From the NCBI GenBank assembly GCA_963662665.2, contig CAXXJS010000061.1:64001-128000 (forward strand): 64,000 bases of DNA. The letters are read 5' to 3'. Below the pieces are notes generated by a model. The model was not told the origin of the DNA. It saw only the letters and a list, made by a program, of their open reading frames with translations, and ran no database searches. This DNA comes from Candidatus Latescibacterota bacterium (GTDB lineage: Bacteria; Latescibacterota; UBA2968; GCA-2709665). Within the stretch, counting starts at the first letter, position 1. Every line of letters starts with the position of its first letter. A program made the translations under genes and the position numbers. Below are positions 8,934 through 19,920 of the stretch, piece by piece.

Positions 8934-11109
8934 TTGTCGGTCACCGTCATCGTAGCTGGTATGATTGCCTACTTGGCGTTGATCACTTTGCAGCCCGGTG
9001 ACGCGGAGGCATCTGAGAGAAAAACCGCCCTCGCGGCTCCACTGTCAGGCATCACCATCGACGGCAGACTCGACGACTGGCCGGGCGGTCTGCCGGTCTA
9101 CAAGATCCGGGAAATCGCTGCCACGTATGGTCCCACCGACGTGGATGGCACCGACCTGGACAACAGTACCGACCTGAGCCCGGAGTTCAGGGTCGGATAC
9201 AGTCTGAAAGAGCAGGTCATCTACGTGGCCATCCGGGTCAGGGATGATCGCATCAGGGTCGGCGGATGGAGTGTTAACACCGATGCGTGTGAGGTCTACT
9301 TGGGCCGAGGTTCGCTGCCATTCCAATACGTTCTGTGCCCCGAAGGCGGTAGCTATCGCGGCGGCTCGAATCCCACCCTGATTCACGACGAACTGGGCAA
9401 TGATCTGTCAATAGACGTAACCCGTTCCCGCGGCGGCGTCGGACGCGTCGGCGACGTCACCGTGTACGAGTGGGCGTTAGAGCTGTTGGGCACATCACTG
9501 GAGCATTCTCTGCCCCTGGACCGGGGCATGGTCATCGACTTCGACGTCGTCGCCGTCGACAAGGACACGGAGGACGGCAATCCCGCGTACGTGTCCTGGA
9601 ACATGATTCCACCCAGGGGCGCCTCAAAACTTCGGGATCCAGAACTGCAGGGCAAGTTGGTCCTTGTAAAAAGCATTGCGGACGTGCCCGATGTGACCGT
9701 TTTGAGCGAGCCCGCTACCGGATCGATAAAGGGTCAAATCCTACGCGAGGAAGACGGAACGCCATTCGGGCATGCCATGGTCGAGCTGCGGCGGGATACG
9801 CTTGCGCACCGCTTCGACACCGGCGCCGACGGTTCGTTTCAGTTGACAAAACTTCCTGGCGTTTATACGATCACGGCTTCGGGTCGAGGGAGCTTGTCAG
9901 AAACAACTGAGCTCCAGGTCAAGATTGGCGACGAGGTTGCTGTGCGCCTGTCCCTCGCAGATCGGGGTACGCTGTTTCACGCGGACCCGGATACTCCGCA
10001 GGACAAAGTCGCAGACGGTGGCTACGGCGCCGCGTCGCGTCCGTTTCAGACTATTCAAGAAGGCCTCGATGTAGCCAGTTACGGCGACACGATCCGTCTC
10101 GCGCCAGGTACCTATCGTCAACCTGCCGAATTGATCAGCGGGGTGACCTTGATCGGATCGGGCGAGAATGAGACGCGGGTGATCGGCGAAGCGCACTTCG
10201 GCCTGGCGATCCGCCCCTTTATCTCTTACTATGAACCTCCCGGGGCAGAGACTGAGTTGTCTACTGTGACGTTGCGCGACGTCGTGATGAAAGACTTCAC
10301 GTTCGACGGTGGCGAAGAGTACCCGCCGCGTTCAGCAGAAGATGTCTCGGACCTCCTGGCGCTCGTTATGGCCGCAAATCGGAGGGATGTAGCTTCCGTA
10401 GAGGCGATGCTGGCGCGCAATCCCGGCTTGGCCACTGCGAGAATCCTGTCGCCCCGATGCGTACTCAGACGGTAGCACGCTCCTGCATAGCATTGTCAGT
10501 GTGTATACCGCCGCCTCCGATGAGAAGTACGAGATCGCCAGGCTGCTGATCGAACACGGAGCGGATGTCAACGCGGAGGGCGGGCAGGCTCGCGGCGCGG
10601 GCGAGTCGGCACTTGGGTACGCCGGCTTTTTTGGCGATGTACGACTGGTTGAGTTGTACCTCGCTTACGGCGCGGACCCCAACCGTGTCAGCTCAACCGG
10701 ACTCACGCCCGTCGGGGCCACGGCGCACGAGGGTTCTCACGCACGGAGGTACCGTACGTACCTACCGAGTTTTGAAGCCCTGGTCAAGGCGGGAGGGAGC
10801 TACGACCTCGGTCATCTGATTATGCTAAACCACACCGAGCGTCTCGTCGCGGAACTCGACAAGCACCCGGATAAGGTCAACGATCAGATCAAACTCAGAC
10901 ATGAGCGCGACGAGTACGGCACCCCTCTGCATGAAGCGGCAGACGATTGCAGATCCGAGGTCGCCGCGATGTTGCTCGAGCGAGGCGCTGATCTGAATGC
11001 GCTCGACAACAAAGGGCAGACGGCCCTCCAACGAGCGATCAAACGCAATCGCGATGAGTGCAGAGGCGTTATCGAAATCCTGCGGGCTCACGGCGCAGGT
11101 GCCAGGTAA
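8934..11109 (+). CDS. Secreted multidomain protein: CBM9/DOMON-like + carboxypeptidase-regulatory-like + DUF1565-like + ankyrin repeats; one frameshift
   Basis: ITIDGRLDDW, IYVAIRVRDD, PFQTIQEGL...GDTIRLAPGTY, then ankyrins; removing one C at 10452-10455 joins ORFs 8934-10475 and 10501-11109. Confidence 0.75.
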
Positions 11110-11189
11110 CGACGGCTGGACCGACGAGCACGATTCAAAATCGGCCCTTCGAGCCCCGCCCAATCTGCATCGATCCGTCACTTCGCGCT

Positions 11190-11633
11190 ACGATAAGAGA
11201 ATGGCCCTACCTGATTCAAGATGTATATGAAGGCATTCGAATTTCGTTTCTCCACTACTGACTCGCAGAATCACAGGTCGACTTCAAGCCCGTCGTTCAA
11301 GATCCTCGCCCTGTCGACATGGATGCAGTCTTCGCGGACATAGATTCCGACCTTGTTTTTTATGGCCACGATCATTCACCTTCAGATCTGGTGGGTAAGG
11401 CCAGATACGTAAATCCCGGTTCATTGGGCTGTTACATAGAACCCATTGCCCGATTTGCCATTCTGGAGTTCGGGAGCAGAAGTTACGAATTGAAATTGCG
11501 TCTTGTTCCGTACGATGATAGCGCCTTATTCCACCAGTTTGAAAGTCGCGACGTTCCAGAGCGACAATGCATCTATAGTACGTTTTTCGGTGGTAGGAAT
11601 GCACTATCCCGCCAGGCTTCGGAAATCCTCTAA
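11190..11633 (+). pseudogene. 3' half of a metallophosphoesterase
   Basis: FLHY* then LVFYGHDH and YVNPGSLG; internal stop, 5' half missing; start approximate. Confidence 0.7.
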
Positions 11634-11684
11634 CGTCACGCTCGGCGATCAAGCGCCCGAATTTCGTTACGGCTCTCCGTCGGC

Positions 11685-11707
11685 TGTAGGGGCGTCCCTT
11701 GTGGGCA
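11685..11707 (+). repeat. GTAG-type REP element (copy 2)
   Basis: tgtaggggcgtcccttgtgggca. Confidence 0.65.
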
Positions 11708-11792
11708 CATGCCTCCGATGCCAGTGGGATCTTCGTAGGGTCTTGCCGGCGCCAGAAACGTCATTCGAATGGAGCGAACGTTGATCACGCAC

Positions 11793-12571
11793 ATAGGGAC
11801 AGACAGGTTCGAACTCTACAACCATCCGGAGATCTATGACGTTGCCTTCTCCTGGGATCTCTCTAAGGAGTAAGCTTCCTCAAACGCGTCTTTGGAACGC
11901 ACGTGCCCTACCCCGTGAAGGACGTTCTCGAACCGGCCTGTGGCACGGGGCGCATGCTGAGGGCCCTGGCTGGCGTTGGGTTCCGGGTCACGGGGTATGA
12001 CGCCAACCCCGTCATGGTTCAATATGCAAGGGACTCATTCGGAGCGGATAGAAAGAATGTCCGCGTTATGCCTGGAGAAATGGTATCCGCTCAGATCCGT
12101 GGCGAATTCGATGCCGCGATGAATTCGATCAACAGCATCGGATACCTCCATTCGGATGACGAAATCGTCTCGCATCTGCGAACTACTGGTTCATCACTCC
12201 GTGAGAAGGCGGTCTACGTTCTCCATCTTAACTTCGCTCACGAAGGCGAACTTCCGGATGGTGATCATTGGACGCTGGAACGCGGCGGCATCCGTGTGAG
12301 TACGTCGTGGAGAATCCTCAATGAAGACAGAGAAACAAGATTGAGTCACCAGGTATGCGCGTTTGAGGTCGAGCAGAACGGGCAGTTAGATCGATTCGAA
12401 GAGCGCCATACATTGAGACTCTGGCTGTTCTCCGATCTTGAGAAGCTGGCTCACAGATCTGAAGAATTCGAAGTCGCCGCGATTTATGGGGAGGATTTCG
12501 TAGAGCTCGAGGATAAGGAGCACGTGTCCGGAGAACTTGGAAACGTCTACGTGATACTCCGAAGAGTCTGA
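11793..12571 (+). pseudogene. Class I SAM methyltransferase with a disrupted 5' end
   Basis: LYNHPEIYDVAFSWD in another frame, then VLEPACGTGR; lesions near 11870-11900. Confidence 0.75.
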
Positions 12572-12655
12572 ACAACCTCGGGCCGCGATGTCGTGAGAAA
12601 CCGATGTGGGGGCCCTGCACCCGAGGCGGCTTCGCTCCGGCGAAACCGGCATCCA
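12565..12655 (+). other. Decayed attC-like remnant
   Basis: Begins at the stop codon; cctcggg/cccgagg hairpin; right end ttcgctccggcgaaaccg resembles ttcgggcacggcgaaaacg. Confidence 0.3.
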
Positions 12656-12801
12656 AGAGCGGATTCCTTTGCCCTCTCGTGTGATAGTAACCAGCCCGAT
12701 CATCGATCCGAGCACCGCCTCGGTTTTCCAGAACCGGCCATTGTCCTGCATTGAGCACCGCCTCAGTTCCGGGTCGTTTGGTCATCGAAAGGGCAGCGTT
12801 C

Positions 12802-13185
12802 ATGGGCAATTCATCGAATTTTCCCGATTCCGTTGAGTTGGGGCGCATGGCGCCCGGTATCACGGTCAGCAATATCGAGGCATCCGTCGCGTTCTACGCG
12901 TCGATGCTGGGAATGCGCAAGACGTTTGAGAATGGGAATCCGGTTGGCTTTGTGATCATGAAGAAAGACCGGGCCGAGTTACACCTCTCATTGTGCCGTC
13001 AAAGGAAGCCGCAGACACACAACGTCGCGCACCTGAAGGTGAGTGACGCGAATGCGCTTTTCGATCACCTGAGCAGGTCCGGAGTACGGATAATCAAGGG
13101 ACTGCGCGATCAGCAATACGGTCTTCGGGATTTTGTCATCGCAGATCCCGATGGCAACCGAATTGATATAGGGCAACCGATATAG
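12802..13185 (+). CDS. VOC/glyoxalase family protein
   Basis: SVAFYASMLG...YGLRDFVIADPDGNRI. Confidence 0.88.
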   Translation: MGNSSNFPDSVELGRMAPGITVSNIEASVAFYASMLGMRKTFENGNPVGFVIMKKDRAELHLSLCRQRKPQTHNVAHLKVSDANALFDHLSRSGVRIIKGLRDQQYGLRDFVIADPDGNRIDIGQPI

Positions 13186-13426
13186 AGAGCCCCAATTGAA
13201 GATTGCGATGATCGGGCCGGGACACGTCGTTAATCTTGACTTCTGGTGGCTAATGATGAAAACCAAAAACCAGGAGGCTGTGATCAGGGCACGGGCCTGG
13301 GTTCGCAAACTGGCAATGCCCCCAGAAGCGGTATCTGCAGACAAACCGAAAGGAAAAATCACTCTTGAACCCTGGTCTGTAATTTGCGATTATGTGGAAT
13401 AGACGACAACGCACGGAGGAACTGAA

Positions 13427-13621
13427 ATGAAGCTTTTCCTGGATCTCACGGATTCGCAAAACGAAAAGTTGGATTTAACCGCCAAACGACTTGGAATACG
13501 TCCTGAGGAGCTTGCAAAAGCGGCGTTGGATGATTTGCTTGATAAGCTTCAGGAAGATTTCGAAGCCGCAGCGCAGCGTGTTTTGAGCAAGAATGAGGAA
13601 CTCTATAGAAGGCTGAGTTAA
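13427..13621 (+). CDS. Small RHH/CopG-like antitoxin
   Basis: FEAAAQRVLSKNEELYRRLS C-terminus; TAATG overlap with the Doc-like gene. Confidence 0.8.
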   Translation: MKLFLDLTDSQNEKLDLTAKRLGIRPEELAKAALDDLLDKLQEDFEAAAQRVLSKNEELYRRLS

Positions 13622-14006
13622 TGAGGTATCTTTCTCTGGCAGAGGTGATCGAACTTCACAGACGCGTTGTTGATCAAAGTGGCGGAGCATCGGGGTTGCG
13701 CTATACAGGCAGATTAGAGTCGGCCGTTGCGCAACCCCGTATTTCTTTTGGGGGGCGGGATCTATATCCTTCGCTGATAGAGAAGCCGGCGCGTTATCCT
13801 TTACCCTGGTGCAAAACCATCCGTTTGTCGATGGGAATAAGCGATTGGGCCATGCAGCGATGGAAGTATTCCTGATTCTGAATGGGCATGCGATCTGGGC
13901 CGGTGTGGATGAACAGGAGTCTCTCATTATAGGCGTTGCTTCCGGCCAGGTTTGAAGAGAGAGTCTGATCAAATGGTTGACCGAGCATGTATTCGAAACG
14001 GTGTGA
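13621..14006 (+). pseudogene. doc: Doc/Fic family toxin, frameshifted
   Basis: HPFVDGNKR lies out of frame after a 1-nt loss near 13785; additional in-frame TGA at 13953. Confidence 0.85.
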
Positions 14007-14168
14007 CGACAGTGAAGTCACGTACGAAACGTACCTTAACGTATTGGGATTTTTCTAACTGCCCTACGTGCCGGCGCAATGGATCCAAATGATCATTGCC
14101 ATTGTGGATTGACTTGATGGAATCCGGGTCGAGCCGTGGGAGTTGGTTTGAAATGAAAGGAGGAAGCA

Positions 14169-14663
14169 ATGGAAGAGATTCCGCTGTCTGAAATGCTGCC
14201 AGTCAGCCAATGTGTCGCAAAATGCGACAGTGAGCATCTAAGACTATCCGGATACGGCTATGTCAGAACCCCTGCGATCTACGCGGTACCACTGAAGATC
14301 GAGGCGGTGGCGAAGACGGATTCGACAAACCTGCGCCTTCATTTCGCGAAAGGGCACGTAATACTAAACTGGGAAGCCGTGCCGGACCAGTTGGCGTGTT
14401 ACGAACCGGTGTACGGCCATGCGTTCCATGTCAGAGGACAGGGACGGATTGACCGGGATTCCTGGGTGAAAGTGTCGTGGGTGATCGAACGGGAATTCAT
14501 GCGTGTGCTGGTGGACGATGAACTCAGATTTACCAACGAAGGTGACGTCGGAGATGAGTTTCACCAGATCGACTATCGGGGTCTGATTGGTCCAGTCTGC
14601 ATCGGGCCGGCCTGGGGATCGAATGTGACGGTCCGGTCGCTGACTGTAGAAGCGTTGTCGTGA
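14169..14663 (+). CDS. Hypothetical beta-rich protein
   Basis: RBS aggaagga; beta-sandwich-like sequence pattern. Confidence 0.7.
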   Translation: MEEIPLSEMLPVSQCVAKCDSEHLRLSGYGYVRTPAIYAVPLKIEAVAKTDSTNLRLHFAKGHVILNWEAVPDQLACYEPVYGHAFHVRGQGRIDRDSWVKVSWVIEREFMRVLVDDELRFTNEGDVGDEFHQIDYRGLIGPVCIGPAWGSNVTVRSLTVEALS

Positions 14664-14712
14664 TCCGGGCGGGAGGAAGATCGAAGACTGAGAGTAGGTT
14701 TCAAGAGATGGA

Positions 14713-15090
14713 GTGAAAATCGTGTTCAAAGAAGCGGTACCAATTTTGGGCGTTTCAAGTTCGGAGGCTGCCGAGGAATTCTACTGCCGAAAACTCGGGT
14801 TCCGTCGCGTGTACGCCTGGCGGCCCCATCCGGAAAAGCCCGACCCCTGCTACATGGGCGTCGTCCGGGATGCGGCCCACGTCGTCATTTCATCGTTTCC
14901 CGGCGACGGTCCACCCGGGGCGCGGACAGTACAGATCTACGTCGAGGACGCGGCGGCCGTCTACGAAGCGTATCGGCAAGCGGGTATCGCGGTCGGAGAA
15001 CTCTGGGACCAGAGCTGGGGAAATATCGAGTTCAGCTTTGACGACCCCGACGGAAACAGTCTGTGTATTGCACAGGACAAGAACGGGTAG
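14713..15090 (+). CDS. VOC/glyoxalase family protein
   Basis: EFYCRKLGF...WGNIEFSFDDPDGNSL. Confidence 0.88.
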   Translation: MKIVFKEAVPILGVSSSEAAEEFYCRKLGFRRVYAWRPHPEKPDPCYMGVVRDAAHVVISSFPGDGPPGARTVQIYVEDAAAVYEAYRQAGIAVGELWDQSWGNIEFSFDDPDGNSLCIAQDKNG

Positions 15091-15194
15091 CATTCAGCCC
15101 GCGGAACCGGGCGCCGAGATTCCGACTTGCGAAATGACCAACGCATTCGGCGAGTACGAAATTCCGGCATTGACATTTTCGACCGACTGACCGA

Positions 15195-16036
15195 ATGCTG
15201 AAATTCCACCTCAAGATTGCCTGGCGACATCTGAAAAGACACAAGGTGGTTTCAATCCTGAATATCTCAGGGATGGCCGTCGGTATCGCTGCTGTATTTC
15301 TGATCGCAATCTACGTGCAGAACGAACTCAGCTATGACCGTTTTCACAAGAATGCCGAACGGATATTTCGTCTGTCGGTACGCCAGAAATTCGACAACGG
15401 TGAACGCATCTGGCATCAGTCCGCATGGTTTATGGGTCCGCGCCTGTTGGAAGAATATCCCTATATCCTCTTGGCATTTTCCTCGTCGAAAGCGGTCCCG
15501 GCATATTGGCAAGAATCCATCCGGAACGCGTAGAAGACGCCGTCAGCTGGATTCGTCAGACGTGGTCCAGAGTTGCACCGCAGACGGCATTCTCATCAAA
15601 TAGCGGATTCCTGACCGATCGGTTTGAACGATTGAACGCAAAGGAACATGCTTTGTACAGGATTGTCGTCATCTGCGTCTGCATCACGCTGTTGTTGGCC
15701 GGAATGGGTCTGGCGGGATTCGTCAAGTCGACGGTTGAACGGGACACGAAGCATATTGGCGTTCGTCGAGTTCTCGGGGCGTCGGGATGGCGTATTGTGG
15801 CGATGTACGTGAGGAAGTTTATTTTTGTAGGACTCCTGGCCGGCGTCCTGGCGTGGCCTGTCGCGTATTTTTTTATGTCCCGGTGGCTGCAGGATTTCTC
15901 CTATAGGATTCAGATTAGTGCGGATGTGTTCGTTTATTCGACGTTGGTTACTTTATTGATAACAGCCTTGATTGTAGTGTGCCAATCCTACCAGGCTGCC
16001 GCGATGAGTCCTGTCAACGCTATTCGTGACGAGTAG
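15195..16036 (+). pseudogene. FtsX/MacB-type ABC permease with a large internal deletion
   Basis: N-terminal KIAWRHL...ELSYDRFH joined out of frame to C-terminal IGVRRVLGAS...WLQDFSYRI...PVNAIRDE near 15460. Confidence 0.85.
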
Positions 16037-16168
16037 TGTAGAAATCACATACGGTGAGCGCGACAGTCTCGTTATCGGCTGAATATCAATATCTTACGTG
16101 ACGGATAACCTTCCGGGAAAGCCGAAAACCGTCGCTGAAGCGAATTCCCCAAGTCAGGAAAAACGCCA

Positions 16169-16831
16169 ATGTCATTCAGAATTGCGGACGATCAGGACGT
16201 CGATTATCGAGCGCTTGTCCGGGCGGCCTATGACCGCTGTGCGATGGAGTATGCACGGCGACGGCGCGCCACGGCCGGGCCGGAGCTCAACCTGATCACG
16301 GAGCGGCTGCCACCGGGTTCCAGTGTGCTTGACGTCGGCTGCGGCGCTGGCATTCCGGTCGCGCGCCACCTGGCAGAGACTTTTGACGTCACGGGAATCG
16401 ATATCTCTTCGAGCATGATTGCGCTGGCCACGAAAAACGTCCCTTCGGCCAGATTTGTCCACGCCGACGTTGTAGAGACCGAATTCCCCGAGGGTAGCTT
16501 CGATGCAATTGTCAGCTACTACTCTATCTTCCATATCCCCAGACTGGAGCATCGGGAACTACTTCGTCGATTCGCACGGTGGCTTCGGCCCGGTGGCCTC
16601 CTTCTGTTTACCGTTGCCAAAAAAGACGACGGACCTGGATATACCGAAGATGACTTCTTCGGCGAGACCATGTACTGGAGCAATTTCGGTCCCTCGACGT
16701 ACAGGAAGCTACTTGCTGACAGCGGGTTCAGGATCGAACAGGAAGGTATCGCAGGCGCCGGGTTTGCCAGCGTCGATGCGCTGGAAGAGGTTCACCCGTT
16801 ATTCTTCGCTGTCAGAAACGCGCGGGTGTAA
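16169..16831 (+). CDS. Class I SAM methyltransferase
   Basis: VLDVGCGAG, GIDIS, LRPGG. Confidence 0.92.
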   Translation: MSFRIADDQDVDYRALVRAAYDRCAMEYARRRRATAGPELNLITERLPPGSSVLDVGCGAGIPVARHLAETFDVTGIDISSSMIALATKNVPSARFVHADVVETEFPEGSFDAIVSYYSIFHIPRLEHRELLRRFARWLRPGGLLLFTVAKKDDGPGYTEDDFFGETMYWSNFGPSTYRKLLADSGFRIEQEGIAGAGFASVDALEEVHPLFFAVRNARV

Positions 16832-16848
16832 TTTACCTTGATTCGATT

Positions 16849-18823
16849 GTGCGCCGTGAAAAGGCGCGGAACTTCAGTGGGTGAGAGTCCCACCCGACAG
16901 ATGTTGCCACAGTCGGAAGCAATCGGAGCGGAGACGCAGGTAACGACATCTCCGAAGCCTCCGGTGTAGAGGGTCGCCAGGCGACCCGGCGAGTATGTGG
17001 GCTGAAACGTGAGTAAACGCTGCGCAGGCCTCGAAAAAGGTAATGCGGGAGCCGACCCGGCTTTTGGACGGGGAAGGCCGCCGTCGTTGGGGAAGCAGGC
17101 AACGAGCGCACCCAACGGTCCCGCCGGGGTAATGGCGGAGGCACGCATACAAGGAGTTCCGACGCAACACGGGAAGCCCCAGCGGTGGGGGTGACACCAA
17201 CCGGCAGCCCGCGAGGGCCAGGCCGGGCCGCATGGGGTGGCGGAGAGGCCCGTAGTACCTGAGAAGCCGGGTAATGCCGGTGGAGGAAAGGGGCCTTGGT
17301 TCAAGGGCAACGTCAAAGGAGCGAGAGCCGGGAGATTGGTATGAGCCTAAGACCTCCGGACAAGGTTCGGAAGCTGCGGATGACGTTGCATGCCAAAGCG
17401 AAGGAATCGCCCGATTACCGATTCTACGCGCTATATGACAAAGTGTATCGCGAGGACATCCTGAACTATGCTTACCGCTGCTGCAAGGCCAACGGCGGCG
17501 CGGCGGGCGTGGACGGGGAGACTTTCGAGGACATCGAGACATATGGACGAGACCGGTGGTTAGGCGAACTGTCGGAAGCCGTAAGAAGCAAATCGTATCG
17601 GACCTCTCCGATTCGTCGGGTATATATCCCGAAGCCGAACGGGAAGCAACGGCCGCTGGGTATCCCGACGATCAGGGACCGTGCGGTGCAAACGGCGGCG
17701 GTGCTGGTCCTGGAGCCGATCATTGAAGCGGACCTGCCAGCAGGGCAGTATGCGTACCGTCCGAAGCGGAGCGCGCACGACGCCGTCAAGGCGGTTCACA
17801 GTCTGGTGAACCGAGGCCACACACAGGTGATCGACGCCGACTTGAGCGGCTACTTCGACACGATCCCGCACGCCGAGTTGATGAAATCGGTGGCGCGCCG
17901 CATCTCGGACGGGCGGATACTGCGTCTGATCAAGATGTGGCTGACCGCGCCGGTGGAAGAAACCGACAAGCGGGGCCGGAAACGTCGGACGACGCCGAAC
18001 AAGGACCAGGGAAGAGGGGTGCCGCAAGGCGCGCCCATCTCCCCGTTGCTGGCGAACCTGTATATGCGTCGGTTCATCCTGGGCTGGCGACTTCTGGGAC
18101 ATCAGCAACGTCTGAAGGCTCATATTGTCAACTACGCTGACGATTTTGTGATCTGCTGTCGCGGGTCTGCAAAAGAAGCGATGCGCGTGATGCGATGCAT
18201 GATGAAAGCGCTCAAGTTGACGGTCAACGAGCAGAAGACGAGCGTATGCACGCTTCCGGAAGGACGATTTGACTTCCTGGGTTACACCATCGGACGCTGT
18301 TACTCGCCAAAGACGGGCAAGGCCTACATCGGCACGCGTCCGTCAAAGAAGGCGATCCGGCACATCTGCCGGGCCATCAGCGAGGCCACGGCGCGACGGT
18401 GGTTGCTGAAAGACCATCAAGAACGGATTGCCCACCTGAACCGAAAACTGGCAGGCTGGGGCAACTACTTCCGTCTTGGACCGGTCAGCAAAGCCTACCG
18501 GAGTGTGGACAGCCACACCCGGCAACGGCTCCGATGGTGGTTGTGCAACAAGCACCGGATACCGGGAAAGGGAACGTCACGGTTCCCTGACGAGGTCCTC
18601 TACGATACGTTGGGCCTGACCCGGCTGGAAGCGCAGACGCGCAACTTTCCGTGGGCGAACGCATGACGCCTTGTCCGAGAGCCGGATGCGGTAACTCCGC
18701 ACGTCCGGTTCGACGAGCGGGACGTGGAAACGGGGCACGGAGGGGCTATTGAGGCACCGCCAGACGAAAGGGGCGGAAACAGATAGGCCACTCCTAAACC
18801 ACCGCGCCACATCTCGACTCTAC
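16849..18823 (+). mobile_element. Complete group II intron
   Basis: 5' GTGCG; domain V gagccggatgcggtaactccgcacgtccggttc near 18679; domain VI ending ctcgactctAC; RT ORF inside. Confidence 0.93.
17341..18666 (+). CDS. ltrA: Group II intron reverse transcriptase/maturase, no endonuclease domain
   Basis: AAGVDG, RPLGIPTIRDR, DADLSGYFD, GVPQGAPISP, YADD, FDFLG, GWGNYF; no HNH tail. Confidence 0.95.
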   Translation: MSLRPPDKVRKLRMTLHAKAKESPDYRFYALYDKVYREDILNYAYRCCKANGGAAGVDGETFEDIETYGRDRWLGELSEAVRSKSYRTSPIRRVYIPKPNGKQRPLGIPTIRDRAVQTAAVLVLEPIIEADLPAGQYAYRPKRSAHDAVKAVHSLVNRGHTQVIDADLSGYFDTIPHAELMKSVARRISDGRILRLIKMWLTAPVEETDKRGRKRRTTPNKDQGRGVPQGAPISPLLANLYMRRFILGWRLLGHQQRLKAHIVNYADDFVICCRGSAKEAMRVMRCMMKALKLTVNEQKTSVCTLPEGRFDFLGYTIGRCYSPKTGKAYIGTRPSKKAIRHICRAISEATARRWLLKDHQERIAHLNRKLAGWGNYFRLGPVSKAYRSVDSHTRQRLRWWLCNKHRIPGKGTSRFPDEVLYDTLGLTRLEAQTRNFPWANA

Positions 18824-19086
18824 TTCTTCGGGGAAGTAAAACCGAATAAATGCAAGTAGATAACGGCGATTTAACTTCTGATTACCAGGATACACCAGGT
18901 CACCGGACGTGAACTGAAAGAATGTCCTTTTTTACGACCGTTTCACCCCGTTTCAGGGCTTTTCGTCTCGTTGCCGAGTTGCTGTTTTTTTCGAATTGGG
19001 GTTAAGACCTGTCCAACGCCTCTTTACTGACATCCTGTCCGGGGCGAGCGCACTTGAAAAGCAATACCTGAAGAGAGGTCCTGCCT

Positions 19087-19920
19087 GTGGATCTTGACCT
19101 GGATCGTCTGAAGGCGATATTGAATCAGGAACACTCCTACTACAGCTCAACGCCGGCGAAGTACCGCACTGATTCAGACATTGCGCCGCGGGCAAGTGAA
19201 ATAATCGTTTCGCAGTTTCGCCCGAAGATGAGAGTTCTGGATATTGGCTGCGGGAACGGCGGGACCCTTTTGCAGAATGCCAATCGCTTTGACGCGGCCC
19301 TGGGAGTAGACAACGACCCGAAACACTTCGAACTGGCTGAAGAAATCCGGATCGCCAGGGACGTGCAGAACGTGGAGTTCAGGCTTCTCGATTTCCTGGC
19401 CGAACGTAAGGCCCTGGAACCGGAGTCGTTCGACTTCGTCTATTCCGAACGTTCGTCGATCGGATATGACAGTTTCGGCGTCCAGGCTGCTCTCCGGGTC
19501 CTGAAGCCGGGCGGTCTCATCTTCTGTGAGTTGATCGGCGAGTTGCACCATCAGGAGGTGCGCGAAGTCTTCGGCGATCATCCGCGGTTATCCCAAACGA
19601 TCACCGTTCAGGACCAGATACGTGTTGCAATGGAAAGGAACGGCGTTGGGATTCGGTTTGCCGCCGACGTCGTTGAGAAACGGATCTATCCTGACGTGTA
19701 CGAATGGCTTCAGTTCCAATGTTCCATCTGGGCCTGGGGCGGAGGATCGCTTCCCCGGCATGATGACCCTCGCCTAAAGCTGTTCGCTAAACGCAACACG
19801 ACCTCGTCCGGTGAGATCGAGACAACACACCACGTCGCCTGGGTAGGGGCGTCAGGCTCCCCGAGAATCCGTATCCGGAACGCGCTCATTGAGGAGACCA
19901 TTTCATGGCGAAGTTCATAG
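19087..19920 (+). CDS. Class I SAM methyltransferase (natural stop may be at 19892)
   Basis: VLDIGCGNG, LKPGG; possible 1-nt loss in the G-run at 19846-19849. Confidence 0.85.
   Translation: MDLDLDRLKAILNQEHSYYSSTPAKYRTDSDIAPRASEIIVSQFRPKMRVLDIGCGNGGTLLQNANRFDAALGVDNDPKHFELAEEIRIARDVQNVEFRLLDFLAERKALEPESFDFVYSERSSIGYDSFGVQAALRVLKPGGLIFCELIGELHHQEVREVFGDHPRLSQTITVQDQIRVAMERNGVGIRFAADVVEKRIYPDVYEWLQFQCSIWAWGGGSLPRHDDPRLKLFAKRNTTSSGEIETTHHVAWVGASGSPRIRIRNALIEETISWRSS

Larger units (their letters stand above)
16832..19005 (+). mobile_element. MITE copy 1, interrupted by a group II intron
   Basis: Ends tttaccttgattcg and cgaattggggttaa; removing 16849-18823 gives a sequence colinear with the reverse complement of 48209-48407. 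Confidence 0.85.

Noticed and set aside
10452-10455. Programmed frameshifting or phase variation at the short C/G runs
   Set aside because: Runs of 3-4 nt are too short for typical slippage and no slippery heptamer or stimulatory structure is evident.
16921-16926. aatcgg as EBS1 pairing with the 5' exon tcgatt
   Set aside because: It is too near the 5' end for the usual EBS1 loop position; cannot be assigned without folding.
16792-17542. Minus-strand ORFs of 174, 103 and 222 aa over the intron 5' region
   Set aside because: These are shadows of GC-rich structured intron RNA with no protein motifs.
16849-18823. Class C attC-targeting intron, given the integron context
   Set aside because: The flanks reconstruct a MITE rather than an attC, and the intron is on the same strand as the cassette genes, unlike attC-targeting class C introns.
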